Shown in pieces: positions 36,618 through 50,544 of a DNA stretch of 64,000 bases. Source of the stretch: Eledone cirrhosa (taxonomy: Eukaryota); NCBI GenBank assembly GCA_964016885.1, contig CAXHJY010001688.1, positions 121,899 through 185,898 of the forward strand, read 5' to 3'. The notes below the pieces were generated by a model. It searched no databases, was not told the DNA's origin, and saw nothing but the letters and a program-made list of their open reading frames with translations. Within the stretch, counting starts at the first letter, position 1. The number at the start of each line of letters is the position of its first letter. Position numbers and translations under genes: made by a program.

Positions 36618-36995
36618 GTGGTTCTTCTGCTAGCATGTGTAGTGTGTATATTGATATTATACGCAATTATATATACATGTAGATATGATACATCAAATAA
36701 AATCGTAATTGACAATATACACAGAAATTAAACAAAGACTGTGTTACACTGTCTTATGTAATCAGTAACGTAATCCATGACACATTAAATAAGACGATAT
36801 TATATATAAACTGCATTAGGAGAAAGTTACTGACGGAAATATATGAATGTTTATTTAAGCGATCGCTAACCGGAAGTGTTGACATCTGAAAATGTTAAAG
36901 AAGTGAATCTTAAAATAAACAACAAAATTATTTATATTTAATCAAGAATAACGAAATTTAGTAGATAAATTATGTAATATTCATTCATTATTTAT
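36618..36995 (+). repeat. Paralogue of 28224-28380 + 29621-29895 (Helitron-free copy)
   Basis: Shared blocks aataaaatcgtaattgacaatat, agactgtgttaca, agacgatattatatataaactg, cgctaaccggaagt, gtagataaattatgtaatattcattcattattta. Confidence 0.85.
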
Positions 36996-37249
36996 ACATG
37001 GATTGGCAGTATTGGTAGAGGGTCGGACGCCTTGCTTTGCAGCAAAGAGTTACGTCCCTTTATGGTCTGAGTTCATTTATTCCGATGTTAAGTTTCATTG
37101 CAGAAATCCATCTTTCTGCTTCAAAAGATATTCTCTATTACTATTGAGCAAGGTATGTGTAAAGAACCTCCAATATAGTCGACAGAAATGTAATTATAAC
37201 GCTAGACCTTATGGAGAAAGTAAAAGTTCGCTTCACTAAGTATTAACCA

Positions 37250-37292
<43 letters not shown>

Positions 37293-37409
37293 TGGACAAT
37301 TCCCTTTTGCCTACAGGGAGATATAAATGCATTGGCAATTGTTATTTCTTGGAGCGAAGTTTGAAATTAAAACGGAAATATATTACCGATATATATTGTG
37401 TATTAAAAT

Positions 37410-37445
<36 letters not shown>

Positions 37446-37446
37446 A

Positions 37447-37485
<39 letters not shown>

Positions 37486-38027
37486 GAGAAAGTGTGTGTG
37501 TGAGATATATATATATAGCTATAGATAGAATGCCATCGGCCTATATTGATCCTAACTGCTTATATTTAAACGCCAGTAAACTCCAACTATCAATAATTCT
37601 TTTGATAGCTTACGGATCTACATTTTATCAAGTTTTATTTTTCTGCCACATGTATCTTATTGGACTCTGAACCAATATAACGTAGGCGAGATATATTTGT
37701 TCTTCAGGTAGCTGTATGTACTCAATCTCCTTGGGTGGCATTTCAGAGAACATTTGATGGTTACATAACATGTGGAACGTTAGGTTTTCTTTCAGATTAA
37801 ATAATCTTTGAAATCCTGAGACATTATTTGTCCAAGTATCTCATTGTTACAAAATATGTCCATCAAGAGATGTGGAGGGACAAACTGTTGTTGTTGAATC
37901 ATGAATGCATTACATTCCTTCACATGTCTCCCTTATATTGACCAGATTAGATAAATACTACTCAGCTAGGCAGATGGCTTAGTAGGTAGGTAGATAGATA
38001 GGTACGGAGCTACTCAGATAGGTAATT

Positions 38028-38455
38028 TTCTTTTTATTTGCCACCAGGGCATCAAAAAGTGGGACAAGTACAATGGGAGGAGTTTACATAACAAGGCGAC
38101 CTCAATAAGAAGGGGCAATAAAAAAATATAAAAATAAAATAAAATATGACAAAATAAAATTTATAACAAAATCCTCAGTAGAGAGGAGGCGCCTTGGGGG
38201 TCGCACACCCCCCAGAAAAAAAGTGTGCAACCCTTCTCCTCAGGAGCACAGAGAAGGGGTGCTCCCTTGGTCTTTCATCTTCCTCACCTATAGTCTGATG
38301 TAGAGTGAAGGCCCATTCACACGGGCCATTCTCGCCACTTTCACCCATCTTCTTTCATAAAAACAGCTGGGGTGCAGCACCTCTCTCTCCATCCTGATCC
38401 TTCTTCCGAAATTATATTGGAAGAAACGGACCAGAGAGAAAGGTGCTTTTTCTTT
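38028..38455 (-). mobile_element. Tx1-clade LINE 3' end
   Basis: RRIRMEREVLHPS...RWVKVARMARVNGPSLYIRL matches the C-terminus at 40292-40675. Confidence 0.85.
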
Positions 38456-39109
38456 GCCTTGTTTTTTATGCATGCATGTTGTTTTTTTTTTAATATTTTT
38501 CAAATCCTTATTCTGGATTCAACGTTTGGTAGAGCGAATAGCTCCCCCTTGTTGCATTGTTCGCCATCTTACTCCACATGTGAGTAATGACATCGATTTT
38601 CGATGATTTGAAAATCTGGCAGGGGATACTGTAGTAAGACGCCTCACACCTGTTGCCGGGATAATAGAACAACCCTAGTTATCTCCCGCTGGTTGATAAC
38701 ACGAGGAGTAAACAGACAGCCACTAGAAAGCAGACTGATCACACGCCAGAAAACAGCCTCTGTACCACGCCACAGAAAGCAGCCAAAGGAACAGCAAACA
38801 ATAAGCCCCACAATACTGTTGTAATGGTAATACGTTCCTTTCACCACAACTGACCACGTCAACATTTGGTACGTTCCATTTGTAGTATAAATAAATCACC
38901 ATTATTTACAATTGTTGAATTTAACTCTCGTTGTGGTTATTGTCTTGTTTGCGCACACACTCACTCACTTTGTTATAATTCTCACAAACACAAAATGGTA
39001 AATAGACGAGGGACCTTCCCTCACGTCTATGTCAATGAACTATCCAACTAGGATACTTTACATTTTACCACACATACAACCTCTTTCGCCAAGGCGGCCG
39101 GTTTCGATT

Positions 39110-40912
39110 CCGTTTTCAGAGGCTGGATCAAGGCGATGCATACCAGCATCTGCTCGAATCAAGGTGAACGGCTACCTATCGGAGCCGTTCGCAATCACAC
39201 GTTCCATCGGACACAGATGCCCTATCTCCTCCATTCTGTACGTATTGACTCTAGAGCCACTACTGCGGAAGTTGGAACTTATGCAGAGCATCCCGTTGGA
39301 ACCGGGACTGCGGAAAGCGGCGTCGGCTTATGCCGACGACGCTACGGTAATTGTGTCGCAAACCTCGGAAATCGGGATGATTGGCAACTTACTGCATGAA
39401 TACGAAAGGCTCACAGGTGCAAAACTAAACCCGGACAAGTCTGTCGGTTTGCAACTCGGAACGTGGAAAGGCAAACCGATGTCGTCCGACAGCGTCGTCG
39501 GCGCTGGACGGAAGGACCGGGGAAATTGCTCGGGGTCTGGTTCGTTCCGGACCTCCAGGAGGAAAAAAACTGGAACGAGGTCACAGGCAAGGTACTGGCA
39601 CTCACTCAGAAGTGGGCAGATTGCAAACTATACTTGAAAGGTCGAGCGGAGGTGGTGAACACTTTCATAGCGTCCGTCATCTACTACCGCTTGACCGTCG
39701 TGCCTTGTCCCCGTGAATACCGCATCAAGATGGAACACATGCTCCGCTGGTGAGGAGATCCGTCTGCTGTCAGCTCCCGTCCAGCTGGGAATGCTGTGGC
39801 TGATGATGCGCAAACACTTGCCGAGGCTACGGATTCTCCAGGTATTCCTCACCGAACAACCAGTGTGGGCCCCGTTTGTGCGACAGGCCTTCCCGCAACT
39901 TGTCTCGCTGACAGAGCTGCAGTCCTGGGTCAAGTGGAGACCGAGGAAAATGGGCGCCTGCCACATTGAATGCGCCTAGGCGCTCACAGTCCTCTTTCAA
40001 GCGGGCACAGCAATCAGTGGAGACTCCACTTCGACATTCTATAGAGAGTTAGTACGTTACAAGTGCGACGACGTGCTCGGGGAGACTCTGGGCGTCGAAG
40101 ACGATGAGCTCACCAGTCTGTTTGGTAGGACTTTCCACCCGGGACCTATAGACAGCTTCAAGAGGTCCCTGGCCTGGCAGTGCTACCGATGAGCTCTACT
40201 AGTTTGAGACAAGATCTACAGGCACGGACGCCCCGGCAGGGATCCTTCCAAGAGGACGTGTCCAAGATGCGAGCAGGACATTGAAACCGTCTTGCACGCA
40301 ATTGTACACTGCCCGGGCGTAACTGACCTGTGGAACTACGCAGAACAAGTGCTGTCACGTATGGGACAAATCCAGTTGACTGCCGAGTCCATAGTAAGGA
40401 TCAAACCGCCAACTTCTTTCAAAAGCGAAAGAGAGGAGGTTTTCCTCTGTACAGTGGCTATGGTGAAAGAGGTTATATGGTGGACGAGATTTAGAGGACT
40501 GAGGACAGATGCCTTTCTCTCCGGACAACAACTCATTCCCTTCTTTAGGTACCCCTTTAGAAGGAGAATTAGAGTGGAGAGAGAGACACTGCACCCCAGT
40601 AAATTTACTGAAAGGTGGGTGAATGTAGCAAAAATTGCCCGAGTGATTGGGCCTTCTCTGTATATAAACTTGTAGGTTGAAGAAGAGAGCAAAAGGAAGA
40701 AAGGAGCACTTGCACAACACGCTCCTGGAGTTGAGGGTTGTTCTATCTACGGGGTATTAAACAACCCATTTGTAACGCCTCTCCACTATTGGGGATTTCG
40801 ATTATTATATTTGTTTGTTTTAATAATATTATTACACGACTGTATGTAAAATCCCCGGCATGTGTCTTTGTATTGTCTCCTTTTCTTGTGTGCCCTTGTG
40901 GCTAATAAAGAA
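39110..40912 (+). mobile_element. 5'-truncated, frameshifted Tx1/L1-clade LINE (RT C-half, zinc-finger region, 3' UTR)
   Basis: RIKVNGYLSEPF, SAYADD, TGAKLNPDKS, LKGRAEVVNTFIASVIYY, CPRCEQDIETVLHAIVHCP; AATAAA near the end. Confidence 0.9.
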
Positions 40913-41293
40913 ATATATCTATCTATCGATCTACCTAACTCCATACTTACCTATATATATATATCTATCTACGTATCTACCTACCTACCTGTCTACATTT
41001 CCATTCTTCCATCAATCCATTTAGCTACCTGGCTTTCTCTCTATCTAACTAACTACTTATCTATGTACCTACCTCTATCTATTGGGATGGACACACGCGT
41101 ATAACTTGCTGAGTAAGTTCTGTTTAAATTTCTATAGAAATTCTTTTCTGTAAACTTTAATTTTTGTACCATTTTTTAGAGGGACTTCCAGGTCAAACTT
41201 TGATCTGGTCAGTCTCTCAAAATATTCTACGCCTTTAGGCGAAATAGTTAAACAAAAAAAAATTTTTTTGTTGAAAAGTTAACATTTTTTAAA

Positions 41294-43075
41294 ATGGCTG
41301 AAGCTTCTTCACCAAAATTCGAAGGAGGAAAGGGGAAGATAAGCTTACAGCTTCCCCCTGCCACTGTCACAGTAGCAGAGGTCAAAAACAAAGGTTAGCC
41401 AGAGGAAGGATTTTCTCCACCTGCTGACCGACAACTTGACGTTGACATGGCAACAAACCAAAGAACCAGCGGCACCAGCAACAACAACAACAACAATGCT
41501 ACGGACGAAAACAACACCAATAACAATAACAACAACAACAAGACCAATAACTGTGATAACAACAACAATGATAACAGCAACACCACCAACTACAACAGCA
41601 ACACAAACAAGGAAAAGGTCTCCTTCGCCCAGACGGCAAGGAAAACCCTCGACTATCTGCCAATAGATATAACCAAAGCGAAGGATCTACTGGCAGATGC
41701 CAAAAAATATATAGTGTACGGGGAAAATGGTTCATTCACGACCCCCCCCCCGGAACTAAAAAGCCAGAGACTCCTAAACACTGTCATTTTTAGGACAATC
41801 TCAAATAAAAGCAAAAAACCAGCTCAACCATCACAGAGTGAGATAGAGCTGGTTTTAAAAGACGTTATGAAGGACATCACCTTCATTCAGAAGGATAGAC
41901 TCTACGGGAGTCTATCCATTCTCATGAAGGACAGGGACACAGCAGTGAGACTGTCCATCAAACCAATCACATCCACCGCATACACCTTCTACCCTACGTA
42001 CATGGGTAGAAGAACACAAAAAATAAAAATCCACACCATCCTGCCGATTATGGACATATGGTGGGTTTTGACAGGTTTCCTGAACCTGGATGATGACACG
42101 CTGGTGTCCATGGGAAAGGCATCGGGTGACGCGTTCAGTGGAACGAGCCTCGAACTTGTAGTTCAAATGAGGCCCGAAAGGATCGCCCAGATCCCTGAAC
42201 GCATCATACTGGATGATCAAACTTTCATCAACATTACCGTTGAGGGTAGGCGGCCCTCGTGTTACCTCTGCGGAAGCAGAGGTCACCTGAGGGCTGTCTG
42301 TCCCCAACTTAATAAGAAAACCTCAATCCTGCCTACACCACCAACAACTGCACAACCAACACAATCACCACAACTACCACTACAAAAACAACAACCATGG
42401 CACAAACGAAAACAAAACAATGTTCAACCCCCCCCCCACTAAAAAAAAACAATTTCCAAAACACCCGCACCGCAAACACAACCCGAAAATATACCCCTCC
42501 CCTCCAACGCGGAAGATGACCCTAGTTCGTCGTCAGACGAGGAGGAGCACTTCCACACAATCAAAAGAAAAAAAAGAAAACACACCTCAGACACACAAAT
42601 GAAAACAACCCCTCCCCAAAACATAACACTGACACCAACACAAAAGAGCTCACAACAACAGCAAACAAAAAACACCACACAAAAACAAAAACATGCATAC
42701 ACATACATAAACACAAGAAACAAAAAACTGTTAAACATTGTGTACAACAACAATTTAATAAAAACCCAAGGGACTAACTTCACCCAGGCAGGGAATTTCC
42801 CCCACCTCAAAATGATTAAGGCCCCACAGGACACTTATAAAACTTTAAAAAACAACTTTAAAGAGGACGTGGGTCCCCCCTGCGTCGGGCACATTAACTG
42901 CGTCCTCCTAAAAAACTACCCTACCCCCTCCTCAAACACCCACACAACTCTAAACACCCCAAACACACAACACACTGATGCCCCTACACTTCCACAAACC
43001 ACCACCCCTCCCAACAACCCATCCCCCACCCTCATGGAAATTGTGCAGCCGGATACCCGGGACGCAGAGAGGTAA
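41294..43075 (+). pseudogene. Tx1-clade ORF1 (gag-like, CCHC zinc knuckle), disrupted
   Basis: ATG at 41294, in-frame TAG at 41396, long frame 41447-42442 containing CYLCGSRGHLRAVC, frameshifted C-terminal part to 43075, directly upstream of ORF2. Confidence 0.8.
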
Positions 43076-43099
43076 GTGCCTTTTCTCTTCACCACCAAC

Positions 43100-45350
43100 A
43101 TGGCTATACTAAGAGTAGGCTGTTTAAATGCGCATGGCCTGGGCTCAACTTAGAAGCAAGCAATGCTTCTAAATGACCTCAGATCACAACGTATAAATGT
43201 GACGGTTATTTGCGAGGCCCGGATCAGCAACGTGCGACAGCTGGCCCCCACCTTTGATGACTTTGAGATGCACGCATCTCTCTGTCAGCCCGGTGGTGGG
43301 GGTGGGGTTGTCGTTCTGCTGCAAAAACAACTGGTACATTTGGAAAAACAGATGGTACCTTTGGACCCGGAGGGTCGACTAGTGGTTCTGGACCTTGGCA
43401 GTGGTAAAGGCGGAGCGTTTAGGTTGGTAGCCGCCTACGGCCCTTTCGTGTCAATGCGGCCGGACTTCTTCCATCGTCTGGAGACTTTTCTAGGGACGTC
43501 CTGCTCCTTGCTATTAGTGGGGTATGGAATGGTATCCTAGATGCACGCTGGGACTACGTAGGGGCCTGTCCCGATAGAGAGGGGTGTACTAGTCTCAAAG
43601 GGTTAATCGGTCGATTTGACCTGGCCGATAGATATCGACTAGATTTTCCGACTGCGCCAACCTGGATTTGGGCAAATCGTAGCGGATCATCTAGGTTGTA
43701 CCTAGATAGGTTCTTAGTTAGAATTAAGGATAAGGACTTTTTAAGTTGTCCAAAAATGCGCATGGTTTGCTATTCAGACCACAAGTTAGAGACCTGCATG
43801 GTCAACCTTGACAGAACTCATAGACAGGGACCCGGTTACTGGAAGCTCAACACTTTGCCGGATTGTTCGGAAGGGGAGGGGAGCCGGTTGGAGAAGTGGA
43901 CTTCGGTCCAGTCCTCGACGGCCTGTCGCGTCTCTCGGACAGGGAGGCGAAGTCCTACGAGGAGCCGATTTCAGCCGCTGAGATAGAGGACGTGCTGAGC
44001 AAATGCGGCAAACGCAAATCCCCGGGTCTCGATGGTCTTCCATACGAACTATATCTAGCTATGCCGGACTTGTTCCCCGATCTCCTCGAGGCGGTCTACT
44101 GCAACTGGCAACAGAACGGGAGAATTCCCTGTGCTGTGACCAAGGGCGTAGTCACGCTAGTGAGGAAGGACGAGAACAAGGGGGACGATATAAATAATTT
44201 CAGGCCCATAACTCTGCTAAATACAGAGTTACAGATTTTGGCCAAGGTGCTAGCAAAGATGTTGGCGCTTGTCGTGGGCAACCTGGTGGGAGATGCGCAG
44301 ACATGTGCTATCCCGTCCAGGTCCATCCACGACAACCTCCACCTCATGCGATACATCATAGAGAGGGTTGGGAACGAACCCGGCTTTGGTGGGGCCCTGA
44401 TCAACTTGGATCAATCTAAGGCGTTCGATAGGGTCGACCATGGTTACCTGGATGCGGTGCTAGCGGCGGCAGGGTTCGGACCCGTTTTCAGGGGCTGGAT
44501 CAATGCCATGCACAGCAGCCGCATCTGCTCTAGGATCAAGGTGAACGGCTACCTCTCGGAGCCGTTCGAAATCGCGCGGTCCATCCGACAGGGGTTCCCT
44601 CTCTCCTGCCTTCTGTATGTAATGACTCTAGAGCCACTGCTGCGGAAGTTGGAGTTGTTGCAGGGCAGCCCGTTGGAACGGGGATTGCGGAAAGCGGTGT
44701 CGGTCTACGTCGACGACGTAACAGTAATGGTGTCGACGGCCTCGGATATCGGGGCGATCGGCACCTTACTGGAGGAATCCGAAAGGTTTACAGGGGCTAA
44801 GCTGAACTGGGACAAGTCAATTGGTCTGCAACTCGGCACGTGGAGGGGCAGATCGATGCCCTCCGATGGCGTCGTCGGGCGCTGGATGGAGGGCCCGGTG
44901 AAGTTGCGCGGGTCTGGTTCGGACCAGACCTCCAGGTGGAGAAGAACTGGGTGAGGTAACGAACAGGGTATTTGCACTGACCCAGAAGTGGGCCGAGTGC
45001 AAACTGTCCCTGAAAGGTCGGGCGGAGGTGGCGAACACTTATATAGCGTCCGTCATCTACTACCGCCTGACCGTTGTGCCTTGCCCAAGGGAAACGCTCG
45101 CCAAAATGGAGCGCGCACTCTTCCATTTCCTTTGGAAGAAGCGGGCTCCTATGGTGAGGAAATCCATCTGCTGTCAACACCCTTCGAAAGGAGGGCTGGG
45201 GATGCCGTGGCTAATGATACGTAAACACACATTAAGGCTACGGCACCTCTAGGTATTCCTCTCCGGTCAACCGGTGTGGGCCCCCTTTGTGAGGCGAGCC
45301 TTTCCCAGACTCGTCCTACTCACCGAGCTGCAATCCTGGGTCAAGCAAAC
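43100..45350 (+). pseudogene. Tx1-clade ORF2 (APE endonuclease plus RT), internally deleted and disrupted
   Basis: MAILRVGCLNAHGL, YLDRFLV, YSDHK, GPGYWKLN fused at about 43855 to KSPGLDGLPYE, NFRPITLLN, LDQSKAFDRVDH, SIRQGFPLS, YVDD. Confidence 0.92.
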
Positions 45351-45359
45351 GGAATCGAA

Positions 45360-46385
45360 ACCTGCTAACACCTTGGCCAAAATCTTTAACTCTGTGTTTA
45401 GGAGAGTTATGGGTCAAAAGTTGCTAAGTTCGTCCCCCTTGTTCTCGTCTTTCCTGATCAGCGTTACTACAACCCTGGCTGAAGAACTGGGAATTCTCCC
45501 GTTCTGCTGTCAGTTGCAGTAGACGGCTCGAAGACGCCAGAGAACAAGTCCGGCATGCCTATGTAAAACTCATAGGGTAGACCATCTAGACCGGGTGATT
45601 CGCGTTTCCTGCAGCGGCCCAGAGCGTCCTGTATCTCACTGGCTGTGGTTGGTCTCTCGCAGAACTCGGCGTCCATGCTCGAGAGACGTGACAGGCCGTC
45701 GAGGTATGAACCGTAGTCCATTGCCTCGTTCGGCGCACCGCCGTTCTGCTCGAACAGTTGCGCAAAGTGCCGCTGAAAGCCGTGCACATCCACTTGGAGT
45801 CAAGTACCACGCGTCCGTTTTGGTCTTTCAAAGACCGAAACGTGGACTTGTTGCCACTTTTTGCCTCTGCTACTCGGGCCCAGCTAACAGATTTTGTTCC
45901 CTCGTTTACTAGAGCACGTGATCTACTCCTGACCACGCAGTCTTCGTATTTCGCATCGAAGAACTGGTCCAGTGCCGTTCTCGTTGTTAGCACTCTAGCT
46001 GTGTTGCACCTCCTATGCACCTCCTCTACCTTGGCTACTAGTTCTCTTTCTGTCTTGTTTTTCTCTAAGGCTAGTTCTTCGCAAAAGGCTATCGACTCTA
46101 CTCTAATTGCTCTCTTGAGAGTGTACCACCATCTATTGTTGACGATGGCTCCCGTCAACTGTTGCTTAACTAATCTACTTTTCCGTCTACTGTAAGCTTT
46201 ATGCGTCGATACCGACATGTTCAGCTTCCAGTATCCGGGTCCTTGTCTATGTTTTCTATCATGGTTGACTATGCAGGTGACTAGTTTGTGGTCTGAATAG
46301 GCAACCATGTATATTTGTTGACAGCTTAACATTTTCCTCTCTCTCTCTAATGAAGAACGTATCTAAATACGATCTAGATGTCCCG
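45360..46385 (-). mobile_element. Inverted Tx1-clade ORF2 fragment (endonuclease end to RT start)
   Basis: YSDHKLV, GPGYWKLN, ESPGLDGLPYEFY on the minus strand. Confidence 0.88.
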
Positions 46386-46397
46386 ATATACATACAT

Positions 46398-48725
46398 ATC
46401 GGAGGTATCTTACTGACCTCTACCAACAAGTTCTTAAGGGAGATTCACTTATACCAGAATGGTTGACATTTGCACAAACGTTACTGGTCCCCAAAAACAA
46501 CATCACAGATGAACAAGCAGCTGGAAAGAAAGGGGCTTGGAGAGGTGCTGAACAACTCCTAATCAACAAAACTGCGATGTCGGAGGTGCGACAATTTAGG
46601 AGGAATATGGCTACAGTCTGGCTGGACTAGAGGAAAGCTTTCGATACTGTTCCCCACTCTTGGATGATAGAAGCCCTCCAACTTGTTAAAGTCCCAGACA
46701 TTATTATCAGAGCCATAGAGAAGGTGTCTTCTTCTTGGGCTACTATCCTAAGGTTAAAGACAGAAATAGGGGACTTTATTTTCACTGATAAAATAAAATA
46801 TCGCATGGGTATAATTCAGGGGGACAGTCTCTCTGTGATATTATTCATCTTGTCATTAAACACCTTGTCCTTTCTGCTCAAGAAATGTGTGGGATACATC
46901 ATTGGCTCACAGGAGGACAGAAATACCAACCTAACCCATCATTTCTTTATGGATGATCTGAAACTATATGCCAAGATGAAGAAAAATCTTGACCTGGTCA
47001 CAACGTTTTCAAAGGATATAGGAATGGAGTTTGGCCAAGATAAATGCTCATACATGACTGACTGTAAAGCGGAGAAAAACAACTACCCAATCTAGCAACA
47101 TTGTCATCAATGGCCTAACTGTTTCACCGATATCTGATGAGGACTGCTACAGATACCTGGAGATACATGAGAACATATCCTATAATGGTATCTGTAATAA
47201 GGAACGCGTAACCAGGGAATACTACACCCGATTAAGAAAGATCTGGTCATCGGAACTCTCTGCGCAAAACAGAACAATGTCTCACAATGTGTTCGCTGTG
47301 CCTGTCCTAACACCAACGCTTGGAATACTCAATTGGACGATAGACGAAATCCGAGCAGTTGATGTTGGAACTCGAAAAATATTAAACAACACCGGAAACT
47401 TCCACATCAACAGTGACATAGACCGCCTTTACTTGAAACGTAGGCAGAGGCTTAACATCAGTCCAGACAGCATTTGAATGTCGGATCATATCCCTCCGAC
47501 AACATCTACGAAACTTGAAGTGTAGGAGCTCGTCTCTCGAGCACGTCTATCTGCATGAAACGGATAAGATCATGAGAGTTGCGAAGGAACTCCACGAGAG
47601 ATATTCCCCCCTGTGTGATCATCAAAAACTCACACCCAGGGAAGTCGCTCAGCAGTATCGCAATGAATCCATGGATGAAAAACTGCATGCTTATCAGCAA
47701 AAAATCATGCATGGATTTGTTGCCAAGGAGCTCCAGAGTTTAGAGTAATATAGATAAGGAAAGTAGTCTATCGTGGACCAACAACCGCTATATTGGCTCC
47801 CACTTTAAAGGATACGCTTTTGCAATCCAGGAAGAGGAGATTAACACGAAATACCTGATTCACAAAAGAGATAGGGATGCAGGCAAAATACCTAGATGTG
47901 ATAACAAGTGCAAATTCTGCAGAACTAACATCGAGGATATCACCCATGTCATCAGCAGCTGTCCAAAGATGTCATCGCGGTACTATCTACCTATGAGGCA
48001 TGATGTAGTGGCCAAAACACAGTACAATGCAGTCCGTAAAAATGATAGCCCCGATAATAAACACATTAAAAGCTACATCAATGTGGAAGACATACATGTA
48101 CATAATATGAAAGAGTACTGGTGGAATGTTCCAGTAAAAACCCCAATAAAATGCAGACATAACAGACCAGATATTATGATATGGGACAGAGAGAAGAAAA
48201 CATGCACAATAGTGGAAATTAGCTGCCAGTAGATGCCAATATAATATCAAAGATTAGCGAAAAGGAGAATATTTAAGCAGAACTGATGAGAAATCTGCAG
48301 ATACTCCACCCTGATTACACCTTCAGATTTATGCCTGTGATTATTGGGGCACTGGGGTATTTTAGTAACTGCCTCAATACAAATCTTGAGAAGCTAGGCT
48401 TCACAGGAACAGAAAGAACAGAAGTAGTTAGGAAATTACAAGTACAATCCATTAATGGAACAGTAAAAATATGTAAAACATGCAAACATTTTGCATCTAA
48501 TAACTGCATATACACATGTACAGAAACAAAGCATATACACATGTACACATACAATTCAAAACATACACATCCACACATACAATAACATCCATATCTACAC
48601 ATGCATGCATACATAATCTACCTAGTTGATGTGTAAATTCCAATGAGAGAGTCTTGTGTCTATGTTAGAAACCGACTCTCTGTCTCTATTGGGAAAAAAT
48701 TAGTGAAATTATAAAACCAGAAGAA
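46398..48725 (+). mobile_element. Degraded R4/Dong-type (RLE) non-LTR element ending in (CATA)n
   Basis: KAFDTVPHSW, GIIQGDSLS, FMDDLKLY, CKFC...H...C, MRHD, HNRPDI. Confidence 0.88.
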
Positions 48726-49072
48726 CATACATACATACATACATACTTACGTACATACATACGCACATGACAGATGCCCCCTAGTTATCGAGTATGACCA
48801 TCACATGACATCTAAAAAAGACCCAACTTTTATCAATACTGTCATCGTTTGTGACTTTTTAACCCAGCTAATGATTTAAAGTGTGTTGCAGTGTCAGCAA
48901 CTATGGTAAAAATGTTTATTGGTAATAGATAGCTGTGGTTGATCGTTATGGTCTTCTACATACATATATACACACATACACACATGCATACATACATACA
49001 TGCATACATATATATACATATATATACATACATGCATACACACATACATACATACATACATACATACATACA

Positions 49073-49103
<31 letters not shown>

Positions 49104-50457
49104 GTGAAAAAACATAGGATGTGACAATGCTCCTTACATGCAAACAAACACAAACAAACCTCACTCATAACCAACAAAGAGTGAAAAATAAAATAGAGAC
49201 GATGTTTGGTAACAGTAGAATCAGAACTCTCCAATATAAGCTGATCACCCTCAAACAAGAATTGAGAGCTGTTAGCGAAAAACGCCGATACCCGAAGAAG
49301 GTAGATGAGAGAAAAGTGCTTAATAAAAGATTCAGGCGAAACCAAACATCAGTCTATAGAGATATGAAGGGCAAAATAATAAGTGTCATTGAGGCCCCAT
49401 CCCAGAAAGACATAGATTCCTTTTGGAGAAAAATATGGGGTGAAAAGAAGAATTTCAACCAAGATGCAGTGTGGCTAAGAGAAATCCCAAAGAACTATTG
49501 CTCCTACACTACAACAAAAACATACGAAATAAGTGAGGGTATCCTTGAGACTGTAATAGGAAAACTCCAAGATAAGAAAACACTAGGAAGAGACATGATT
49601 GTCGGCTACTGGTACAAGAAAACCAATATTCTATCGGAGGTATCTTACTGACCTCTACCAACAAGTTCTGAAGGGAGATACACTTATAACAGAATGGTTG
49701 ACATTTGCACAAACGTTACTGGTCCCCAAAAACAAAGACACCCACATGGCAAAAAACTACCGACCCATTGCATGCCAGAACCTGATATATAAGATGTATA
49801 CAGCCTGCCTGAACCTATTCCTCCAAGATCACTGTGAAAATAATAACATCATCACAGATGAACAAGCAGCTGGAAAGAAAGGTGGAATGTTCCAGTAAAA
49901 ACCCCAATAAAATGCAGGTATAACAGACCAGATATTATGATATGGGACAGAGAGAAGAAAACATGCACAGTAGTGGAAGTTAGCTGCCCAACAGATGCCA
50001 ATATAATATCAAAGATTAGCGAAAAGGAGAATATTTAAGCAGAACTGATGAGAAATCTGCAGATACTCCACCCTGATTACACCTTCAGATTTATGCCTGT
50101 GATTAATGGGGCACTGAGGTATGTTAGTAACTGCCCCAATACAAATCTTGAGAAGCTAGGCTTCACAGGAACTGAAAGAACAGAAGTAGTTAGGAAATTA
50201 CAAGTACAATCCATTAATGGAACAGTAAAAATATGTAAAACATTCCAAATGTTTTGCATCTAATAACTGCATATACATATGTACAGATACAAAGCATATA
50301 CACATCCACACATACAATAACATCCATATCTACACATGCAGACATACAAACCTACCTAGTTGATGTGTAAATTCCAATGAGAGAGTCTTGTGTCTATGTT
50401 AGAAACCGACTCTCACTCTATTGGAAAAAATTTGTGAAATGATAAAACCAAAAGAAC
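49104..50457 (+). mobile_element. Internally deleted R4/Dong-type element between (CATA)n tracts
   Basis: KNYRPIACQNLIYK...EQAAGKKG fused directly to WNVP...RPDI; same 3' UTR as 48500-48725. Confidence 0.85.
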
Positions 50458-50480
50458 ATACATACATACACATACATGCA

Positions 50481-50514
<34 letters not shown>

Positions 50515-50544
50515 CATACATACATACATACATACATACATACA

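Noticed and set aside
38881-39070. Possible solo LTR (tgtagta...taccaca)
   Set aside because: No second copy, target-site duplication or internal domains to support it.
47130-47160. CTGATGAG motif
   Set aside because: Inside R4/Dong coding sequence, with no hammerhead stems.
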